Source of the DNA: an uncultured Clostridia bacterium
Lineage (GTDB): Bacteria > Bacillota > Clostridia > Christensenellales > CAG-138
Assembly (NCBI GenBank): GCA_947168855.1
Contig: CAMVNO010000001.1
Span: forward strand, 137,077 to 201,076
Length of the DNA: 64,000 nucleotides
Direction: 5' to 3'
Numbering within the stretch: position 1 is the stretch's first letter; every line of letters starts with the position of its first letter. Made by a program: the position numbers and the translations under genes. The notes beneath the pieces are model-generated. The model was not told the DNA's origin. It searched no databases and saw only the letters and a program-made list of their open reading frames with translations. Below are positions 34,451-42,908 of this stretch, piece by piece.

Positions 34451-37012
34451 ATGAAATCTACGAAAGTGATATCATCGGATTTGCAGATTCCGGGATTTCC
34501 GGAAGTCGTGCATCTGAAACAGTACGACGCGAACACCAGGTATATCACGATACCGATCACAGACGGAGGATCCTCGTTTACGCTTCCGGACAACCCCGTT
34601 TTTATGATCGGTGCCCGGCTGCCTGATGGATCGAAAGTCCTATACGATAAGATCATCAATGCAAGTGCGCCGATCGGCGTCCTGGTCTCTGTGGATCCCG
34701 TCAAATGGACGGCAAAAGGCATCACCGGAGCGACGTTTACAAAGACGTCTTCCGGATGGAGCAAAGACGGATCGGATATTAATCTGGACGACTTCGGCGT
34801 ATCGATCACGAAAGGCACACCGACAACCGGCGCGAACATCGTCGTATCGTCAGAAAACGCGGTGAACGTACTGAGCAGCGGAATTGAGATCGGGCTTGCA
34901 CCGTCGCTTTCGATGATCGCGGGCAACGGTCTGATCGAGCTTTATATCGGGACAAACGACGAGCTGATTTCATCGTACTGCGCGGAACTGCAGATCCACG
35001 AAGCGGCGGCGGATCCGTACAGCGCCTTCACGTCTCAGAGCGTTTGCACGATCATCGCACAGATCCAGGCGTTCGTCAATGCAGAACTTACGGCGCACCC
35101 AGAATGGACGACAACAGTGCAGGACGGCTCGATCGGTCGCGAGAAGCTCACTCCAGATGTAGTTAAAGAGCTCGATAACAAAGCCAACAATGACGGCTCA
35201 TACGATGATATGACGGTTGGCAACGCAAAGCAGTTGGTTTCCTCGGTCGGAATCGAAGGCCAAACGCCTTACAATTTCCGCACTTCGGGCGGCTCTACCG
35301 AAATCGGTGACCGAGAAGAACTGAATGCGGTTGTCGGCGGGACGGTAGCGTGGAATCAGTTGTTGAAAGAGATGAACTCTACGAATTATGTGGCAACAGC
35401 GGCTGGAACAACCGCGTCTATTTCGGACGGTGTTGCAACAGTTACGGCTGGTTCGCAGTATAACGGCATTATCTGCGCATCCGCGAACAGACCGTCCATT
35501 CCTACTGGTCACAAGGTTTTAGGAATGACGATGGTCAAATTGACAACGGCAATTGCTAATGCAATCGTTATGAACACACAGAATAGTGGAAACGTAGTCG
35601 CAGAAGCAACAACGGATTGGCAGAGGCTTGCGAACATTTGGAATTGGGATTCCACGAAAATTGCGGCTATGAGAGTAGTGGATTTCCGTTCTACTGGGTT
35701 TGATGCGTTTCAAGTCAAGAATTGTATGTTCATCGACCTCACTCTACTTCTCGGTTCTACCATCGCAAACTACATCTACGCGCTTGAACAGAGCAATGCG
35801 GGGTCGGGCGTTGCCTATTTCCGCAAACTGTTTCCGAAGTCCTACTACGCCTATAACAGCGGCGAACTCCTTTCCGTTCGGACGAATCTGCATCGGATGG
35901 TAGGGTTCAACCAGTGGGACGAGGAGTGGGAACGTGGCGGTTTGCCGAACGGCGTACCGGATTCTACGGTCAACAAGATTCGTTCAAAGAACTATTGCCG
36001 TTGTGTCGAAAATACCGTGTATTACGGTCGAATCGGTGGAACGTATTCGTTGACCGCATGGTTTTATGACGCAAATAATAACGTCATCGGAAGCGCGTCT
36101 GCGAGTAACAGGACATTCACAACGCCGAACAGCGCGTGTTATTTCAAACTTGCATTTGAAAGCGGTTATGGCACATCCTATAACGATGATGTGTGCATCA
36201 ACCTCTCTTGGGACGGCGAACGCGACGGAGAATACGAACCATATCAAGAGTGGAACTATCCGCTTGATTCCTCGCTGACACTTCGCGGCATCTTGGAACT
36301 GGACGCTAACAACAATCTGTACGCAGACGGCGATACCTACGCCCCCGATGGGACGGTGACGCGCAGATACGGAATCGTAGATTTGGGGACGCTGACGTGG
36401 GCGAAACCTACCGCAACGGACTATATGAATTTCTCGTCGAACGGAATCAAAACTGTTGTGAAAGTTCCACCGTCTGCAGCCGAGGGATATAAGGGCATTA
36501 TATGCTCTCTGTATAGTAGTGTGCCTGCGTCTGCCTTAACTGATAAATATATCTATATAACAAACGTTGGTCAAATCCGAGTAAAGGACACGGGAAACGC
36601 CTCGTTGACGGAAACACAATTCCGAACGCTTATGTCTGGCGTTTACTTGGTCTACGAACTCGCAACGCCCACAACCGAATCCTCAGACAAATATACACAG
36701 ACGCAGATTGTCGATGATTTCGGTACGGAAGAGTTTGTCGATGCGGCTGTCGAAGCGAACGAGCGCGATGTGGCTGTGCCTGTCGGAAACAAAACGGTCT
36801 ACAAACCCAATCTCCGCGCCAAACTGGAAATGATGCCCGATTCTCCCGATGGTGCAGGCGATTACATTATGCGCTCTGATGGTTCAAAACAGACTTGGGT
36901 TCCTCTGACCGAAGTTAAAGAACTGCCCGATGTGACTACCACGGACGGAACGTATGTGCTGAAATGTACGGTTTCGGATGGTACAGCAACGCTTACTTGG
37001 GTATCCGAATAA
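34451..37012 (+). CDS. large tail fibre / host-specificity protein (hypothetical)
   Basis: 853 aa. It is the last large structural gene before the lysis cassette. No motif recognised. Confidence 0.45.
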   Translation: MKSTKVISSDLQIPGFPEVVHLKQYDANTRYITIPITDGGSSFTLPDNPVFMIGARLPDGSKVLYDKIINASAPIGVLVSVDPVKWTAKGITGATFTKTSSGWSKDGSDINLDDFGVSITKGTPTTGANIVVSSENAVNVLSSGIEIGLAPSLSMIAGNGLIELYIGTNDELISSYCAELQIHEAAADPYSAFTSQSVCTIIAQIQAFVNAELTAHPEWTTTVQDGSIGREKLTPDVVKELDNKANNDGSYDDMTVGNAKQLVSSVGIEGQTPYNFRTSGGSTEIGDREELNAVVGGTVAWNQLLKEMNSTNYVATAAGTTASISDGVATVTAGSQYNGIICASANRPSIPTGHKVLGMTMVKLTTAIANAIVMNTQNSGNVVAEATTDWQRLANIWNWDSTKIAAMRVVDFRSTGFDAFQVKNCMFIDLTLLLGSTIANYIYALEQSNAGSGVAYFRKLFPKSYYAYNSGELLSVRTNLHRMVGFNQWDEEWERGGLPNGVPDSTVNKIRSKNYCRCVENTVYYGRIGGTYSLTAWFYDANNNVIGSASASNRTFTTPNSACYFKLAFESGYGTSYNDDVCINLSWDGERDGEYEPYQEWNYPLDSSLTLRGILELDANNNLYADGDTYAPDGTVTRRYGIVDLGTLTWAKPTATDYMNFSSNGIKTVVKVPPSAAEGYKGIICSLYSSVPASALTDKYIYITNVGQIRVKDTGNASLTETQFRTLMSGVYLVYELATPTTESSDKYTQTQIVDDFGTEEFVDAAVEANERDVAVPVGNKTVYKPNLRAKLEMMPDSPDGAGDYIMRSDGSKQTWVPLTEVKELPDVTTTDGTYVLKCTVSDGTATLTWVSE

Positions 37013-37025
37013 GGGGGGTGTCAAC

Positions 37026-37253
37026 ATGAAAATTAAAATTACAGCGCCGAATGGTAAGAAACTTCGTCATATCCCGACCGAACGACTCTATTCGGAAGTC
37101 GTGACGGATGAAAAGTATGCTGCGCAGTATGTTGTCGCTGATTCTGCGGATGACCCTGTTGTGCAGACGCTTGACGGCGTGACGCTTGACGAACGAGTAT
37201 CCGATCTCGAAGATGCAGTCGTTGAACTCGCTGAAATGATAGGGGGTGAATGA
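37026..37253 (+). CDS. hypothetical small phage protein
   Basis: 75 aa. ATG at 37026 follows GGGGGG. Acidic C-terminus. Confidence 0.5.
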   Translation: MKIKITAPNGKKLRHIPTERLYSEVVTDEKYAAQYVVADSADDPVVQTLDGVTLDERVSDLEDAVVELAEMIGGE

Positions 37254-37254
37254 T

Positions 37255-37368
37255 ATGGTAAAAATCTATGTTCGCAGAATCCTCGCCGGGAAAATGATGC
37301 TCGAAGATGTGCCGGAGCATTGGCGCGAAGCGGTAAGGGAGGCATTGGAAGATGAATCTGATTCTTGA
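37255..37368 (+). CDS. XkdX-like small protein
   Basis: Own translation: MVKIYVRRILAGKMMLEDVPEHWREAVREALEDESDS (37 aa). The typical XkdX pattern (...G..T..DVP...R..V...L) occurs just upstream of lysis genes. Confidence 0.5.
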   Translation: MVKIYVRRILAGKMMLEDVPEHWREAVREALEDESDS

Positions 37369-38182
37369 ATTTATCGCATATCTGCTCGAAATGGTAGCGA
37401 TCCACTCCATCTTTGTATGGGGAGGGCAGGGACAAATGACACCGACCGTCTGCGAATCGTGGATTCGTCGCAGAGAGCAAGACACGGGCGGCGAAAGAAC
37501 GGGCGGCAAGTATCGGACGTATGCAGATATTGCCGTTGACTTTTGGAAAAAGCAGGTCGAAGCAGGGTTCGGAAAAGTGCTGCGAGCGTTCGACTGCTCA
37601 GGGCTCGTCGTATATTGGCTGCTCAAAAAGAAGCTGATCGATAAGGACATCAACGCAAACGGTCTGTACGGGCTCTGCAAGCCGACCACGGAGCGAAAAG
37701 CCGGGTATTGGGTATTTCGTATCGCGAACGGCAGAGCGACACATATCGGCGTCCTGATCGACGAAAACACGGTAGTTCACGCGAAAGGCAGAGCGTACGG
37801 CGTCGTCAAAGAGAAATACAGTGATTCGTATTGGCACGTAATCGGGATCCCGAAAATGTTTGATTTTTCGGAACCGACGCCGGAGCCGACGCCCGCACCT
37901 GATCCTGAACCGACGCCGGAGCCGACGCCCGCACCTGATCCTGAACCGACGCCGGCGCGCACGAAATATGTCCGCGTGCGCGGCAAGAAAACGCGCACCG
38001 TACATATCCGTACAGCACCGAATAAATCCGGAGAGAGGATCGTCACAGCTCACGGAGGAGACACGTTCCGGCTGCTCGGCATTGCAGAGACCGAGCCGCA
38101 CTGGTACAACATCGAATACAACGGTCGCACCGATGCATGGATCACCAACGTATCGAGCTACACGGAGGTCATTGAAAAATGA
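37352..38182 (+). CDS. endolysin: NlpC/P60 endopeptidase + PT-rich linker + SH3-like domain
   Basis: FDCSGLVVYW (catalytic Cys) and THIGVLI (His). Linker EPTPEPTPAPDP repeated twice. The C-terminal VHIRTAPNKSGERIV...WYNIEYNGRTDAWI is SH3_3-like. Confidence 0.8.
   Translation: MNLILEFIAYLLEMVAIHSIFVWGGQGQMTPTVCESWIRRREQDTGGERTGGKYRTYADIAVDFWKKQVEAGFGKVLRAFDCSGLVVYWLLKKKLIDKDINANGLYGLCKPTTERKAGYWVFRIANGRATHIGVLIDENTVVHAKGRAYGVVKEKYSDSYWHVIGIPKMFDFSEPTPEPTPAPDPEPTPEPTPAPDPEPTPARTKYVRVRGKKTRTVHIRTAPNKSGERIVTAHGGDTFRLLGIAETEPHWYNIEYNGRTDAWITNVSSYTEVIEK
37871..37955 (+). repeat. 36-nt tandem repeat (2.4 copies) encoding the Pro/Thr linker
   Basis: GAACCGACGCCGGAGCCGACGCCCGCACCTGATCCT at 37871 and 37907, with a partial third copy. 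Confidence 0.9.
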
Positions 38183-38541
38183 ACGAAGTAATGCAGACGC
38201 TTGAAACCGTTGCAAAAATCATTGGTTGGCTGACGGTGATTATCGGCGGCATTGTCGGCGCAGTTAAGTATTACAGAAAAATGAAAAAGAAACTCGACGC
38301 AGTACTTGAAGCGATCACAAATCAATCCGAGAAGATTGATAAACTGACGGAAAGCGATATATCGCAGCACCTATCTATTCTTCGTTTGACGGTTATGACT
38401 GACAGCATTCCACTGTCTGAACGCATAGCAGCCGGGCGGGAATACATCAGTAAAGGCGGAAACGGTGACGTGAAAGAATACATCGAAACGCACCTTCTTC
38501 CATACGACAAAATAGTGAGAGAAAAGGAGACAGAAGAATGA
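38179..38541 (+). CDS. N-terminally membrane-anchored protein (possible holin or lysis accessory)
   Basis: One TM helix (IIGWLTVIIGGIVGAV) followed by a charged region. ATGA overlap with the endolysin gene. Confidence 0.45.
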   Translation: MNEVMQTLETVAKIIGWLTVIIGGIVGAVKYYRKMKKKLDAVLEAITNQSEKIDKLTESDISQHLSILRLTVMTDSIPLSERIAAGREYISKGGNGDVKEYIETHLLPYDKIVREKETEE

Positions 38542-39002
38542 AAAAAACCACAAAAAGAAGAATCCTGATCGTGACGGTTCTCGTCCTGATCGTGTCGCTC
38601 ATGTGTGCATGCGCGCCGATTACGGAAGCCGTCGATGGAGTGACGCTCGGCGATCAGACACCGGCGCAGATCGTGACGGATCTGTTCACGATCGCGCTGC
38701 GCGCTGTGCTGATCGTGATACTGACGATCTTTGCAAAGATCGGAATCCCATACTTGAAACGTAAAGGTATTATGTGGATGGTGCAAATGATCGTCAAATC
38801 CGCAGAAAAACAGGGAGACACAGGAGCGATTGCGAAAGACCGGAAAAAGGAATTTGTCATCCGGGCGCTTGAAATGTTCGGAATCAAGCGAACGGAGCTG
38901 ATCGATCACATGATCGAGGCAGCCGTCGAAGAACTTGATAAACTCGGTACATCAATCGCCGGAATGATCGATGATGGATCAGGAGATCCGACCGCTGAAT
39001 AA
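38538..39002 (+). CDS. holin, LL-H-like, with lipoprotein-type signal
   Basis: Signal/TM RRILIVTVLVLIVSLMCAC, a second TM helix, then AEKQGDTGAIAKDRKKEFVIRALEMFGIKRTELIDHMIEAAVEEL, which resembles the Holin_LLH pattern. Confidence 0.5.
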   Translation: MKKTTKRRILIVTVLVLIVSLMCACAPITEAVDGVTLGDQTPAQIVTDLFTIALRAVLIVILTIFAKIGIPYLKRKGIMWMVQMIVKSAEKQGDTGAIAKDRKKEFVIRALEMFGIKRTELIDHMIEAAVEELDKLGTSIAGMIDDGSGDPTAE

Positions 39003-39032
39003 TAGGCAACGGCGACTATGCCGGATATGCAG

Positions 39033-39061
39033 ACACCCCGCTTCGGCGGGGTGTATTTTTT
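39033..39061 (+). terminator. rho-independent terminator ending the prophage late operon
   Basis: ACACCCCGC-TTCG-GCGGGGTGT, a 9-bp stem with a UUCG loop, followed by ATTTTTTATT. Confidence 0.85.
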
Positions 39062-39225
39062 ATTCTTGAAAAAAAGATGTGCAGGGATTATACTATTTGA
39101 CATAAAACAAAAGACGATCATGCGACCGTCTCTTGTATGCCATCACGGCAAATGTCCCGTCAGCCGGATAATGAATCCACAGCGTGTTCGACTTTGGAAA
39201 CACTGAATTATTCGACTTCGGCGTA

Positions 39226-39235
39226 TCTGGTGGAG
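39226..39235. repeat. attR core (TCTGGTGGAG)
   Basis: Identical to 4628-4637. Overlaps the 3' terminal CTCCACCA of tRNA-Ala on the minus strand. Confidence 0.6.
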
Positions 39236-39304
39236 CTTAGGGGATTCGAACCCCTGATCTCTACACTGCCAGTGTAGCGCGATAGCCAACTTCGCTAAAG
39301 CCCC
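39228..39304 (-). tRNA. tRNA-Ala (anticodon GGC)
   Basis: Manual cloverleaf of the reverse complement. Acceptor GGGGCTT/AAGCTCC with the G3-U70 Ala identity pair, anticodon loop CTGGCAG, T arm AGGGG-TTCGAAT-CCCCT, encoded CCA. Confidence 0.85.
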
Positions 39305-39428
39305 GAACGCATTGTATTATACGGCATCGTTTGAAAAAAGGCAAGTGTTTTTTCACAGGAAAGTATTATTTTTATGAATAATACAAAAAACATCTTCCCG
39401 CTAAAAGAAAGTATGGTATACTGATTGC

Positions 39429-42113
39429 ATGGAAAACACGTCTCGCAAACAAGTGCATATCGGCAAGGAATCGCTGTTTAAGCAGAATAAAGGAAAAACG
39501 CCTTTTGCTCTGGACGTTTTGTTTTTATCTCTCAAGCTTCTGCTGGTTGCCGTTCTGATCGTCGGCATGGCAGGAGTCGGACTTGTTTACGGCGTTCTGA
39601 AAGCCTATATCGAAACGACGCCCGTTTTTGATATTGCACAGCTGACAAAGAGCGACCGCACATCGTATCTTTATGATGTAAACGGCAATGAGCTGATGTC
39701 GGTTTCGGCGATTGAATATCGTGACTGGGTCGAACTCGAAGATATTCCCGAAATGCTGCGCAATGCTTTTATTTCGGTGGAGGATGTACGTTTCTACAAG
39801 CACAGCGGCGTCGATTTCAAACGTCTGTTTTCTGCCGCGCTTGAAATTCTCGGGAACAATAATTCCTCCGGCGGAAGCACGATCACTCAGCAGCTTATCA
39901 AGAATAAAGTCCTCGGTGCAGAACGCACCTATAAGCGCAAGGTGCAGGAAGCTTTTCTGGCGCTGCAATGCGAAAAGGTCATGCAAAAGGATGATATTCT
40001 TGAAGCATACCTGAACGACATCTATCTCGGCGGATCGAATTACGGCGTCAAAACCGCAGCAAAGGATTTTTTCAGCAAAGAACTCAATGAGCTTACGGTC
40101 AGAGAATGCGCCATGCTCGCGGGACTGACGCAGAATCCGTACCGCTATAATCCGCGTTTGAACTATTATTGGGAGTATTACGGCAGAGATCCCGACGCAT
40201 ATGAAACCTATACCGTAGCGAGAACGAACACCGTTCTTTCGCGTATGTATGAAAACGATAAAATCACCCGTGAACAATATCTTGCTGCGTTGAATGAAGA
40301 GGTTGCGATTAACCAGTTCTCCGAAAACTCCCGCATGTATGATCACGCTTATTTTGTCGAATACTGCATTGACGATGTGATCCGGCACTGGATGGAGCAG
40401 GATCATGTTATCAACAATTCTCAAAACCGGCAGATCTATGAGAATAAACTCAGAACAGGCGGATACCGCATCTATACGACGCTCGATCCGAATGTTCAGG
40501 AAACCGTTCAGCACGAACTCACATATTGGGATGATTATCCGAAGCTTGCCGATTCAAGTCAAAGCGTGATTACAGAGGTGATCTCTGACAGCATTACCAT
40601 CGAAACGATTGAGCCGCAGGCTGCCGCCGTTGTCATGGATCAGTCAACCGGCGATATTCGGGCGATCGTAGGCGGCCGAACCGAACCTTCGATTCGCAAA
40701 GGTCTGAATCGCGCTACCCAGAGTTATGTTGAGGTCGGCTCCTCCATAAAGCCGCTCAGCATTTACGGCACTGCGCTTGACAACGGCGCTTCTCCGGCAA
40801 CGATCATCGTAAATGCGGAAGGCGCGATAGAAGGATGGGGCGGTGAAAAGGGATATCCGGAGGGCGGACTCTCGAAAAAGCATTACGGTCCCGTGACCCT
40901 TCGTTACGGTCTTGCTCAATCGCTGAATGTTGTCGCTGCCCGGCTTCTGTTCTCCAAGTATGTCGGGATCGAACAGGCTGTCGAGTATATGACACGTCTG
41001 GGAATCCCTGAATCCCAGTTGAATGCCGACGGCCCGGGCCTTGCGCTCGGAACGAGCGGTATTACGCCGCTGCAGATGTGCGCCGCATATGCCGCCATTG
41101 CAAACAACGGATACTATAATGAGCCGTTATCCTTCACGAAGGTGACGGATAATGCCGGCAACGTGATCCTGAATGCGGATATGATCCGCGGCTCGCAGAC
41201 AAAAGTATATTCCGACGCCTCAACGCCTTATCTTCTTGTCAGCTTACTGAAGAGCGCCGTTCAAACGGGAACGGGTTCCAATGCAGCGATCGAAGGGTAT
41301 GAGGTCGCAGGGAAGACGGGTACCAATTCCGACTACGCCAGCATATTCTTTGCCGGTATGACCTGTAAATATACCGCTGTTGTATGGATCGGTCACGATT
41401 TTCCTGCAAATAAGCTTGAAAAGAACTCAAGCGGCAGCAAATATGCAGCCGTTTTGTGGAATCTGTTTATGTCAAAGCTTATGGAAGGCGAAGAGAGCAG
41501 ACCGATCATTTCTGAAAATGAAGCGACGCTCGGACTGGTGCAAAGAACCGTCTGCCCGATCTCCGGCAAGCTTGCGACCGACGCCTGCATCCATTACCGG
41601 GAATCAAATAAGGATTTGAACAAGTATAAAACCGTCACGGATTGGTTCAGTTATGCCAATGTCCCGACCGAAACCTGCGATATGCATGCAACCCTGTCGA
41701 TTTGTACGGATTCCGGATGCGTTGCAGGGAAGCACTGCGATCCCGAAAAAACAGAACAGCGCACCTTCGTTCTGTTGCGTCCCGGAAATCAGTTCTACGA
41801 TCTCGACGACAGCGTTCTGAACAAACTTTTCGGCGATACTTGGGTTCGCACGGATCGAAGCGTACCGCAATTCATCATTGAATTCCCGGTTTGCACCATT
41901 GATTCTTCTTTCGATGCATTGAAGCAGAAAGGGGAGAGTCTCATCCAAACGGTTGAAGCGTTGATCGAAGAGGAAGGACGCATCTCCGAATCCGAGGCAT
42001 CTGTTCTGGTCGGGCTTATCGAGCAAATGCAGCAGGCTTCGAATTTCGACGAATATCACACGGCATACGAAGCGCTTCTGCAGGAATACAACCGTTTGAT
42101 AACGGCCCCGTAA
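39429..42113 (+). CDS. class A penicillin-binding protein (transglycosylase/transpeptidase)
   Basis: N-terminal TM helix. GT51 motifs AFISVEDVRFYKHSGVD and GGSTITQQLIKN. Transpeptidase motifs SSIKP and KTGT. Confidence 0.9.
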   Translation: MENTSRKQVHIGKESLFKQNKGKTPFALDVLFLSLKLLLVAVLIVGMAGVGLVYGVLKAYIETTPVFDIAQLTKSDRTSYLYDVNGNELMSVSAIEYRDWVELEDIPEMLRNAFISVEDVRFYKHSGVDFKRLFSAALEILGNNNSSGGSTITQQLIKNKVLGAERTYKRKVQEAFLALQCEKVMQKDDILEAYLNDIYLGGSNYGVKTAAKDFFSKELNELTVRECAMLAGLTQNPYRYNPRLNYYWEYYGRDPDAYETYTVARTNTVLSRMYENDKITREQYLAALNEEVAINQFSENSRMYDHAYFVEYCIDDVIRHWMEQDHVINNSQNRQIYENKLRTGGYRIYTTLDPNVQETVQHELTYWDDYPKLADSSQSVITEVISDSITIETIEPQAAAVVMDQSTGDIRAIVGGRTEPSIRKGLNRATQSYVEVGSSIKPLSIYGTALDNGASPATIIVNAEGAIEGWGGEKGYPEGGLSKKHYGPVTLRYGLAQSLNVVAARLLFSKYVGIEQAVEYMTRLGIPESQLNADGPGLALGTSGITPLQMCAAYAAIANNGYYNEPLSFTKVTDNAGNVILNADMIRGSQTKVYSDASTPYLLVSLLKSAVQTGTGSNAAIEGYEVAGKTGTNSDYASIFFAGMTCKYTAVVWIGHDFPANKLEKNSSGSKYAAVLWNLFMSKLMEGEESRPIISENEATLGLVQRTVCPISGKLATDACIHYRESNKDLNKYKTVTDWFSYANVPTETCDMHATLSICTDSGCVAGKHCDPEKTEQRTFVLLRPGNQFYDLDDSVLNKLFGDTWVRTDRSVPQFIIEFPVCTIDSSFDALKQKGESLIQTVEALIEEEGRISESEASVLVGLIEQMQQASNFDEYHTAYEALLQEYNRLITAP

Positions 42114-42212
42114 TTATGTACACGAGGTGAAACCAAGGCAAACTTTTCCGAAAAAAGCTTGCCTTCTTTGTATAGATTGATATAATGATACTGTGTAACG
42201 GAGGGTATATTT

Positions 42213-42902
42213 ATGGCAATTAAAATTCTGATCTGTGACGATGAACCGGTCGTCCATGAATCATTGCATTTGTATTTTGAAGCAGAGGGGTACGAAGTCC
42301 TCGACGCATATGACGGAGAAGAATGCCTGAAAATCGCAGACAGCTCTGTTTCTTTGCTGATCCTCGATATCATGATGCCCAAGAAATCAGGGATCGAGGT
42401 ATGCCGTGAGATTCGGAAATCTTCCTCGCTTCCCATCGTGATGCTGACTGCAAAGGGAGAGGAGATAGACCGTATCCTCGGTCTTGAGCTCGGTGCGGAC
42501 GACTACATTGTCAAGCCCTTCAGCCCGCGTGAGGTTGTGGCGCGTGTCAAGGCGATTCTCAGGAGAGTCGAGGTAAAGGGCCAGTCGGCAGACTCGAATA
42601 TTGTTTCCTACAACGGTCTGACGATTGATCTGAACAGCTATTCCGTTACGCTTCGCGGCGAGCACATCATCTGCACGCCGAAAGAGATCGAAATCCTGTA
42701 TATGCTTGCGTCCAATCCCGGACAGGTATTTACGCGTGACACGCTCCTTTCGCGCGTATGGGGCTATGATTTCGCAGGCGAAACGCGCACGGTCGATACG
42801 CATATCAAACGCCTTCGCGCAAAGCTTGACTCCGAAGGACTCGGCTGGAGCATTAAAACGATCTACGGCGTCGGATATAAATTTGAGCTTGAAAATGCAT
42901 AA
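42213..42902 (+). CDS. OmpR-family response regulator
   Basis: Receiver domain (ILICDDEP...LLILDIMMP) plus a winged-helix output (LTPKEIEILYMLASNPGQVFTRDTLL..VDTHIKRLRAKL). Confidence 0.9.
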   Translation: MAIKILICDDEPVVHESLHLYFEAEGYEVLDAYDGEECLKIADSSVSLLILDIMMPKKSGIEVCREIRKSSSLPIVMLTAKGEEIDRILGLELGADDYIVKPFSPREVVARVKAILRRVEVKGQSADSNIVSYNGLTIDLNSYSVTLRGEHIICTPKEIEILYMLASNPGQVFTRDTLLSRVWGYDFAGETRTVDTHIKRLRAKLDSEGLGWSIKTIYGVGYKFELENA

Positions 42903-42908
42903 CCGCAT

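Larger units (their letters stand above)
4628..39235. mobile_element. integrated siphovirus-type prophage (HK97-like head, cos/HNH packaging), about 34.6 kb
   Basis: Bounded by the 10-bp direct repeat TCTGGTGGAG. Contains a serine integrase, repressor/cro, an early region, terminase, portal, protease, capsid, tail and lysis genes in canonical order. Housekeeping genes lie on both sides. Confidence 0.85.

Noticed and set aside
39018-39206. 62-aa ORF between the holin and attR.
   Set aside because: It spans the strong late-operon terminator, has no RBS, and is translated from terminator and att-flank sequence.
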